Position numbers and translations under genes: made by a program. From the NCBI GenBank assembly GCA_964354495.1, contig CAYHAA010000025.1, forward strand, positions 1 to 23,732: a stretch of DNA of 23,732 nt. Reading direction: 5' to 3'. Source of the stretch: an uncultured archaeon. Its GTDB lineage: Archaea; Asgardarchaeota; Thorarchaeia; Thorarchaeales; Thorarchaeaceae. Below, one piece after another: positions 17,191 to 23,732 of this stretch. Numbering within the stretch: the first letter of the stretch is position 1; every line of letters begins with the position of its first letter. A model generated the notes under the pieces. It was not told where the DNA came from and did no database searches. It was given only the letters and a program-made list of their open reading frames with translations.

Positions 17191-17790
17191 ATGAGAAATC
17201 GTAAGTTAGTGTTACCATTAGTAATCATTCTCTCCATCGTCCTATTGGTAGGATTCGTGGATGCCGTTACAGTTGGATTCGAGGCACCTTACGACGATGG
17301 TGACTTCGATTATGGATACGGAGGCGGAGCGAATGACTATCCCGGTGACGGAAGATGTGAAATCTATATGAATGTGGTAGGTGCCGATTCTGAAGTGTGG
17401 TGTTGGATAGGATCTGATTTGACATTCACAAGCATAAAATCAGTGTCTATGGATGCTGATGTAGATATCAAAGCATATGTGTCAACCGCTTGGCCTTGGG
17501 GACTAGGGATTATTAGGATTTACTTGGAATGCCGAAAGACATCGGATGAATCACTACAGTGGTACCGGCAGGTCTGGAGTGATGTACGGAGTGGTGGTGA
17601 AACTCATTCCTATAACCATATCAGCCCGCCACTTGATACCAGTGATTTTCCAGTGTCAACACCTGCAGGCACGTACTATTTCTGCTGTAAGTTCTATTTC
17701 ATTGGCCACTTGGGTGCTGTCATTAAATACAGTTCGACTAGTGATTCAAGGGCGCAGCTTACCGTCGACAGCATAACAGTCACCTATTGA
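17191..17790 (+). CDS. Secreted beta-rich protein of unknown function (199 aa, 5 Cys)
   Basis: Signal peptide MRNRKLVLPLVIILSIVLLVGFVDA; no C-terminal anchor; AGGTGG upstream of ATG 17191. Confidence 0.75.
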   Translation: MRNRKLVLPLVIILSIVLLVGFVDAVTVGFEAPYDDGDFDYGYGGGANDYPGDGRCEIYMNVVGADSEVWCWIGSDLTFTSIKSVSMDADVDIKAYVSTAWPWGLGIIRIYLECRKTSDESLQWYRQVWSDVRSGGETHSYNHISPPLDTSDFPVSTPAGTYYFCCKFYFIGHLGAVIKYSSTSDSRAQLTVDSITVTY

Positions 17791-17809
17791 TTCTTGTTTG
17801 GCTCCGTAC

Positions 17810-18322
17810 TCATTCCAAGCGAGTTGATACGGAGCTTTTTTTCTTTGCTGAGTACACCCTATGCAAAAGAAACAGCAAGGAGCCAAGTATTGTTATTGAC
17901 AGTCCGGGGATGAATATGGTGCCCTGAGGGAAGACGCGGTACATGTCTATGTCGAGGTAGATCGTTTCATTACTTGTTGATTCAATAATGAGTGAATACA
18001 CTCCTGGAGCGGGAACATCTATCATTCCATTGAACGAAGTGATATTATGATACTCCACGATGGGGCTGCAGTTATCCAGTGCTCGGGACTGCATGAAGTT
18101 CAGAGTGTCGCTCCAGTCGAGAATATACATCGAGATTGGATAGTTATCTCTCACTTCAATAGTTACAACAACAGCACCTGTAAACACATACAGGCCGCCC
18201 TGAACTCCACCGGGGTCTAGTGGTCCGCCCCCTCCCATTCCGATATTTACTGAGAAAACAGAGACCAGCGTGATAGATATGCCAATAGAAAGAAGCAGAA
18301 CACTGAGTCGTTTCAGCTCCAC
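17810..18322 (-). CDS. Two-TM membrane protein with an extracytoplasmic beta-sandwich (ABC-operon accessory protein)
   Basis: GTG 18322 follows GGAGGTG at the end of the permease gene. TM1 is LSVLLLSIGISITLVSVF, followed by the motif VPAPGVYSLIIE, and TM2 is IFIPGLSITILGSLLFLL. Confidence 0.75.
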   Translation of the reverse strand: MELKRLSVLLLSIGISITLVSVFSVNIGMGGGGPLDPGGVQGGLYVFTGAVVVTIEVRDNYPISMYILDWSDTLNFMQSRALDNCSPIVEYHNITSFNGMIDVPAPGVYSLIIESTSNETIYLDIDMYRVFPQGTIFIPGLSITILGSLLFLLHRVYSAKKKSSVSTRLE

Positions 18323-18326
18323 GGAT

Positions 18327-19166
18327 CTACACCTCCATTCGCGAAAAAAGTGACAGGCTTCCAAGAAACAGTGCCAGACTGATTGCCAGTGCACACGTAA
18401 GGCCAGATATGAGGTCAAGAATCAGGGTGTCCAACTGACTAGTAGTTAGGCAAAAGAATACAAACTGGACTGGGCTGAAGATTGCATTAAGAGTGGCTGG
18501 CGTCAGGGAGTAATTGGTCAAGTATGTAAGAGCAATCCAATATACTATTCCCACAGCTGCCGTGACTGATGACTTTCTCGAAACAACTGTGGCAAATAGA
18601 GAGATAGTACTCACTAGGAGAATAGAAACAACACAGGAACTAACTGCGAGAACTACAGGGCCAACGTCCAGACCTGTCGGAATGACTATTTCTACCCAAA
18701 TGGTGACAGCCACAATTGTAGGAACGGAAGTGAGGATAAGCAGCAGTAGTAGCTTGATACACATTAGAGTCGATCGGTCCACTGGGTAGGACAAAAAGGC
18801 TCTCATTGTTCCATCCTCAAGACTACGTGCGAAAGTGAAAGCAACAATTAGAGGGATCAACAGAACAAGGGTACTTGTAGATATCCCTAGACCCTGCACG
18901 TATGCCAATGTCTTGATACTGCTGATATATTCTGTGTATGATTCGATTGTCTGTGCTGAATTATAGATGGCTATCGGACCAAGATTAAGTCCGATATGAA
19001 ATAGCGCAACGGACAAGACGCCAATCCCTGAAGAAAAAATGAGCGTTGCTACCAATAGTTCAATATTCGGAAATCGATAGGCGATAGCCAACTCTATCTT
19101 GGACACCTTCGAGACCTCGTCGACCCGCTCACGCACTTCGAACAACCTCCCGATATGCGTCCTCAA
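18327..19166 (-). CDS. ABC-2 type transporter permease
   Basis: About 6 TM helices; the EAA-like loop ARSLEDGTMRAFLSYPVDRSTLMCIKL. Confidence 0.88.
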   Translation of the reverse strand: MRTHIGRLFEVRERVDEVSKVSKIELAIAYRFPNIELLVATLIFSSGIGVLSVALFHIGLNLGPIAIYNSAQTIESYTEYISSIKTLAYVQGLGISTSTLVLLIPLIVAFTFARSLEDGTMRAFLSYPVDRSTLMCIKLLLLLILTSVPTIVAVTIWVEIVIPTGLDVGPVVLAVSSCVVSILLVSTISLFATVVSRKSSVTAAVGIVYWIALTYLTNYSLTPATLNAIFSPVQFVFFCLTTSQLDTLILDLISGLTCALAISLALFLGSLSLFSRMEV

Positions 19167-20046
19167 GAGTACCGGCCTTCACAATACTTCGTATCTCGAT
19201 ACTATTTTGCTCTGCTCTCTGGTAGAGCTGGTCTTTGACATCAGCTAGCTTAACGTTCGTGATACTAAGTGTGATCTCGTCTATGCTAGTTCGGCCAAGA
19301 ACGATCACTCCCCGGATGTCCTGCGCAACCGACGCGAGAACAACTGGATTTGAACATGAAACCCGGTAATGCCCCTGAGTATGCTTCTCAACCACATCTC
19401 TTGTTGGACCAGCTTCAACTATGTGACCTGTATTCATTATGGCGATAGAATGACAGAGTCTTTCGAGCTCGGAGAGAATGTGTGACGAGATGAAGAAGCT
19501 TGTACCGAGTCTATTATTCAACTCAATCACCAGCCGAACAATCTCATCCCGTCCATCCACATCGAGGTTGGATGTTGGTTCGTCAAGAAAGACGAGTTCT
19601 GGCGCACCTGCAAGACTCTGAGCGATTCCTAGTCTTTGATTCATGCCTGCTGATAGATTCTTGATCTGCCTCTGTCCCGCATCTGCAAGACCAACCAAAT
19701 CCAATAGCTCGCTTGGTGATTTTTCGCTGTGATACAGTTCAGTTACCAGTCCCAGATATTGCTCAACTCTCATGAACGACGGATATATGGGCCTCTCGTG
19801 GAGCACGCCGATCTTCTTCCGTATTTGAAGTGATTGCTTGAGCACATTTAGGCCAAAAATACAGGCGCTGCCCCTATCAGGTCTTATTAGTCCAAGTAGT
19901 ATCCTAAGAAGTGTCGTCTTTCCTGCTCCGTTTGGTCCAATGAGCCCAAATACACCTGGCTCCACATCTAGGTTCACATCAACCAAGGCCTCTACATTGT
20001 TGAAGCGTTTTGTGATGCCAGATGTCGTGATTATGCCAGCACTCAT
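19129..20046 (-). CDS. ABC transporter ATP-binding protein (exporter type)
   Basis: Walker A GPNGAGKTT, signature LSAGMNQR, Walker B VFLDEPT, H-loop SSHIL. Confidence 0.95.
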   Translation of the reverse strand: MSAGIITTSGITKRFNNVEALVDVNLDVEPGVFGLIGPNGAGKTTLLRILLGLIRPDRGSACIFGLNVLKQSLQIRKKIGVLHERPIYPSFMRVEQYLGLVTELYHSEKSPSELLDLVGLADAGQRQIKNLSAGMNQRLGIAQSLAGAPELVFLDEPTSNLDVDGRDEIVRLVIELNNRLGTSFFISSHILSELERLCHSIAIMNTGHIVEAGPTRDVVEKHTQGHYRVSCSNPVVLASVAQDIRGVIVLGRTSIDEITLSITNVKLADVKDQLYQRAEQNSIEIRSIVKAGTLEDAYREVVRSA

Positions 20047-20182
20047 TACGTTCTACCGTTCCGATTCATTTTTCAGACACAATATGCTCATCTTCAGGTG
20101 TGTAGGAGAACTTAGGACCAAATCCTATGGTTGAGGATTGTGATTAGCCTCTCAACTATTGATTCCTATGTCCTCCTAGACA

Positions 20183-20194
20183 CTAATGCATTAG
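20183..20194. promoter_or_regulatory. Perfect 12-bp palindrome upstream of the ABC operon
   Basis: CTAATGCATTAG, 136 nt upstream of the ATPase start on the minus strand. Confidence 0.3.
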
Positions 20195-20610
20195 CATAAA
20201 TATCATAAGAAGCTTTGCAAAGTATCTACCATGGTGGACCAGTCCAAACAGATGACGTTCACTTTTTGGAGAACTGAAGAAGCGCCTTTAAGGCCATTTG
20301 ATGTTCTCACACACTAATTCATTTCTAACCAAAGCATGATGAAAGGGATCTATGCAAAAAGGACATTAAAATGGCAGAGAGGACGGGAAGGCACTGGGCA
20401 ATCTCATGGTACCGGAATCTTCGACTTTATAAGGAATAGCGCCTTCATGTCCGCTACCAGTTCGCTAAGGAAGAGTCTAGGGTCAAAAAGGAGCATGGTA
20501 GGGCGTGCAAGCCTCTCGTTGGAAACCTCATCTCGCGTATGGTACAGAAAATGTACCAAGACAAAACCAATCAAAAGACAGAACACGACGATTGTGATAG
20601 GGAATTTGAA

Positions 20611-21954
20611 TCAGAGAGAATACATGATAGTAGAGGGCATGCCTAGAAGAAAAAGCACCCACGAATACTTTTCACTGTCCTTTCTTCGAAGAAGTCCATA
20701 GAATCCTAACCCAACTGTCGAGGTATCTGGATACTTTGACATCTCTTCGACATCGAAGAAGTGTGTTGGGCCATCGCCCTCTAGTTGTTCGGAGAGGAAT
20801 TCATTGCCCGAAGTAAGTACCCTCTCCTGTAATCGCTCGAAGCTCAGATCATCAGGAGTGTCAAGAATCACACCGATGACATCAGCATCAAGACCTGCAA
20901 GCCAGCCCAGCCTCATACTCCTGAGGACTTCCTCCTGAAGACCTATCCTGTGTAGACCTTTGGTATCATCGTGCCCAACAATAGACACATGCTCTGTCAG
21001 TATGTCTCGCATCCGTGCCCATCCCCACTTGTCTATGAAGAAGTCCATATGTTGAAGATTGTAGATATCAGAATTGATGAAGAAACTAAGGGCAGTGCTA
21101 TGGGTATAGGCGACTGTACTGATGAGAAGAGAACCAAGACGGAGGTTTTCAATTCGGTTCAAGAGCAGAGGGGTCATATCAATATCAGCGGGCTTTACAG
21201 GATGATGGGGATGTCTGCTCAGGTCGATAGTGTGGAGCTGAAGATGCATCAGTGAAAACAGGTCGATATTCTCAGGATGACTCACTGACATCCACAGTCT
21301 GATCAGATTGCTCTTTCTTAGGGGTTCAAGGTCGATGTGTTCTTGGTCACTCACAGAGAAGGCCAGGGTACGAAGACCTCGCAGTTCTGACAGAGGGGCT
21401 AGGTTGACCGTTTTCATTGTGTAACTGATGATGGCTAGTTCAACTAGACCGGTCAGAGCAGAGAGAGGTCGAAGGTCTATCTCCTTGAACTCGTTTGCCG
21501 AGAGGTAAAGCCGCTTGAGCTTGGGACACGCAGTCAATGGTGTGAGATCGATATCTGTCAGTCTGTTCTGGTTGAGGTTCAGTTCTCTCAGTTCTGAACA
21601 TCCCTGCAATGGAGTGAGATCAAGTCGTGTGAGTTCATTCTCTCCAAGAACGAGTCTCTCAAGTCGCGAGCCCGATGCTAGTGGTGACAGTTCTATGTGG
21701 CCTATCCTGCATTTCGAAAACTCTAGTTCGACCAGTGACTGACATCTTTCGATTCCACGAAGGTCCTGTCTATTCTCGAGGTCATTTCTGGTGATTCTCA
21801 GAACTTTCAGATCTGGAAACTGGCTGAGTGATTTCATGTCCAGCTGTCCCACAGACTTATAGTCAATGACTATCTGTTGTGAGTCCGGAGGGAATTCTAG
21901 AGTCCGCTTCCGTCCCCTCACATCAGTAAATAACACACTGCCCATGCCCGTCAT
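20611..21954 (-). CDS. Leucine-rich repeat protein with an atypical hydrophobic C-terminus
   Basis: Tandem LxxLxLxxNxLxxxDLxPL repeats. ATG 21954 lies 6 nt after AGGAGG. The reading frame continues past the TGA at 20611-13 down to 20404. Confidence 0.88.
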   Translation of the reverse strand: MTGMGSVLFTDVRGRKRTLEFPPDSQQIVIDYKSVGQLDMKSLSQFPDLKVLRITRNDLENRQDLRGIERCQSLVELEFSKCRIGHIELSPLASGSRLERLVLGENELTRLDLTPLQGCSELRELNLNQNRLTDIDLTPLTACPKLKRLYLSANEFKEIDLRPLSALTGLVELAIISYTMKTVNLAPLSELRGLRTLAFSVSDQEHIDLEPLRKSNLIRLWMSVSHPENIDLFSLMHLQLHTIDLSRHPHHPVKPADIDMTPLLLNRIENLRLGSLLISTVAYTHSTALSFFINSDIYNLQHMDFFIDKWGWARMRDILTEHVSIVGHDDTKGLHRIGLQEEVLRSMRLGWLAGLDADVIGVILDTPDDLSFERLQERVLTSGNEFLSEQLEGDGPTHFFDVEEMSKYPDTSTVGLGFYGLLRRKDSEKYSWVLFLLGMPSTIMYSL

Positions 21955-22261
21955 ACTGTTCCTCCTTTTCAACTACAGATAAAAAGATTCTAGTTGATAT
22001 GGGCGGTGGGAGTCTAGCTGGGTCGAAACCCACGAGCCGTTGTTAATCCACTGGTGAGATTGCATTTTGGTACCTTCAGTAGTGGTAAATGAACACTCAT
22101 GACTTCTTAAACTAGATAAAGAACAGTCATAATTCCAAATCAGCAGCTTAAAGGCCAATATGGTTCAATGGTGACATTTCATGGATTATGAGATTCGTTC
22201 CCGAAGGAGCAGAATAACTAACTAGCATTGTGTACATGTCGTATGTGGAGCAGAGGTACGA

Positions 22262-22996
22262 ATGACATCGACATCCAGCGCGAGAATCACGGTCGAGAGG
22301 GATGCAGTCTCGCAATCAATGTCACTCCTCGTCGAAAACATGAGTGAAGAGGCACAGCAGCAGCTCGGCCAGTGGCTTCCTGAGATCAAAGAACATGCAG
22401 TCAAGAGCATTGCTGAGTTGACCCGCCTGCAGACCTCAAAGCGCAGACCGCAGATCATCGTAGCTGCCGCTATCTATCAGGCCTTTCTTGAGTTCGAGAA
22501 CAGGACTCGCTTTGTCCTTCGGACACGCTTCATCTCTGGGACCCTGGGTCTCACTCTATGCTCAATCAGTCAGGCCTACTGCAATCTCTTTGACAGGAGA
22601 GTGAGGGTCCTGAGTCACAGAATAGAGCGTGTCCGTATGCTGAGCGAGGACCCAGCAGACCTTGTCTCGGAGATTGTTGCGAGTCTCATGAACGCTCTTG
22701 AGGAGCAGACTCCGGAGGCCGTCGATTGGCTTGCAGGCGTCCGAGAGGATGCCATATCTATGGTCAACTCCCTAGAGAGAAGACAGCGTGCATCCTGTGA
22801 ACCAGATGTACTTGCAGCCGCTGCGGTCTTTGGAGCAGCACAGCGACAGACGACAAGGGCAGTGGTCCATGTCGCGCAGAGGGACATCGCCATGGCATGC
22901 AGGTACAGTCAGGCTCTGGTCAGCAAGGTCTGGTTGCGGCTCTTCTCTGAGGGGAGATTATCAAGCATCACCGAGATAGGAAGGAGAGGACAATGA
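22262..22996 (+). CDS. TFIIB/TFB-like double cyclin-fold protein lacking the N-terminal Zn ribbon
   Basis: Two repeats resembling the TFB core: RRPQIIVAAAIY and EPDVLAAAAVFGAA...VAQRDIAMACRYSQALVSKVW (TFB pattern P..LAAAALY.......TQ.EVA.......TV). No N-terminal CxxC pairs. Confidence 0.7.
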   Translation: MTSTSSARITVERDAVSQSMSLLVENMSEEAQQQLGQWLPEIKEHAVKSIAELTRLQTSKRRPQIIVAAAIYQAFLEFENRTRFVLRTRFISGTLGLTLCSISQAYCNLFDRRVRVLSHRIERVRMLSEDPADLVSEIVASLMNALEEQTPEAVDWLAGVREDAISMVNSLERRQRASCEPDVLAAAAVFGAAQRQTTRAVVHVAQRDIAMACRYSQALVSKVWLRLFSEGRLSSITEIGRRGQ

Positions 22997-23732
22997 GCCC
23001 AGACAGAATCGATGACAGGTCGAAAATGTACTTCAGATGTTACAGAGACATTCTCCTCAGGCACGCACAGGATGCTAATGAACGAGAATTAGTGATAAGC
23101 ATCATGGGCAGCATCATTGAGGGCACTGCTAGAGGTCTAGAACGCGAGATGCTTGACCTGCTGCCAAAGAGGCCAAGTCCTCTCCACTGCATCCTTCTCT
23201 GCATGGTCTATTTTGCTGAGGACAGGTACGGGAGTGGCTACGAGCTAGTGGCCAAGGCGCTCTCCGTGAATCCCGACTTTGTGCCAGCCCTCAACATTCT
23301 CTCAGAAGTCAGGCTCCTTGAGAGTGACTCTGTGGAAGCGATCGCAATACTCGAACATTCGATTCAGCTTGACCCAGAGCAGTTTCAGTCACGACACCTG
23401 CTTGGCGAGGTCTACAGGAACAGTGGTCAGTATGAGAAGGCACTGCATGTCCTCGACCCCCTCAGGTTGAAGACTCCTGAGAACTCGGACCTGTGGATCT
23501 GGTTGAGGGAATGCCATAGGGCATTAGGGACCATCCTCCTCCTTGAGAACCATCTATTAGATGCAGTGGATGCGAATCCAGATTGTTTCGCGGTCTGGTT
23601 TCAACTTGGATATCACTATCTGGACATCAGTCGACTTGAGGATGCCCTGAGAGCGTTCAGGAGGGCGGACCAGCTGATGCCCGGTGATGCATCTATTCTC
23701 ACGAATATGGGGAACATCTATCAGAGAATGGG
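22993..23732 (+). CDS. TPR protein, truncated by the window end (not in the ORF track)
   Basis: ATG 22993 overlaps the upstream stop (ATGA) and the frame stays open to the window end. Manual translation gives ALSVNPDFVPALN, SIQLDPEQ...LLGEVY...GQYEKAL, and AVWFQLG..Y....RLEDALRAFRRA.QL.P. Confidence 0.9.
   Translation, partial: MSPDRIDDRSKMYFRCYRDILLRHAQDANERELVISIMGSIIEGTARGLEREMLDLLPKRPSPLHCILLCMVYFAEDRYGSGYELVAKALSVNPDFVPALNILSEVRLLESDSVEAIAILEHSIQLDPEQFQSRHLLGEVYRNSGQYEKALHVLDPLRLKTPENSDLWIWLRECHRALGTILLLENHLLDAVDANPDCFAVWFQLGYHYLDISRLEDALRAFRRADQLMPGDASILTNMGNIYQRM

Noticed and set aside
22001-22038. tRNA 3'-half-like or alternative hairpin upstream of the LRR gene (GTGGG pairing with either CCCA or CCCAC)
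   Set aside because: There is no 5' tRNA half, the T-loop is interrupted, and the stems are only 4-5 bp.
13912-22996. Split TFB made of the Zn ribbon at 13912 and the cyclin-fold gene at 22262
   Set aside because: The genes are 8 kb apart, the ribbon's Cys spacing does not match TFB, and it is coupled to priL instead.
727-23470. Many short track ORFs antisense to or nested within confident genes (e.g. 3516-3803, 9609-10052, 13204-13776, 20336-20701, 23279-23470)
   Set aside because: They are shadow frames with no recognisable motifs, fully explained by the overlapping real genes.

Overview
Archaeal chromosomal window, most likely Asgard (Thorarchaeia-like). This is inferred from a PriL with an Fe-S domain, a TFB-like cyclin-fold protein, a 'LEWGV..GEEFTY' membrane protein, an LRR protein of a type I associate with that lineage, and GGAGG/GGTGA ribosome-binding sites with frequent GTG/TTG starts. 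The middle (about 4.2-16.1 kb) is ordinary housekeeping content: ICMT-family methyltransferase, HxlR regulator, stand-alone ATP-cone, two SAM methyltransferases, HAD, TPRs, MBL hydrolase, DUF763, thioredoxin-like protein, Zn ribbon, priL and ogg1. Two accessory regions stand out. (1) At 1-4.1 kb, an 845-aa surface glycoprotein gene is bracketed by three copies of one non-coding motif, TGTCCAA(C/G)TTTGTC(C/G)AA(G/C)T. Two copies are direct (77 and 3151; 35/42 identical over the extended site) and one is inverted (ending 3042). A densely base-pairing segment of about 100 nt lies between the last two copies, and an orphan DNA methyltransferase follows. This looks like an undescribed recombination or mobility cassette, but no recombinase is in the window. 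(2) At about 16.1-20.7 kb, an AT-richer island carries a secreted Cys-containing protein convergent with an ABC-2 exporter operon; it abuts an LRR gene whose hydrophobic tail is interrupted by an in-frame TGA. The window ends with a TFB-like cyclin-fold gene lacking a Zn ribbon, coupled to a truncated TPR gene absent from the ORF track. All family assignments come from motif recognition by eye; no database searches were run.
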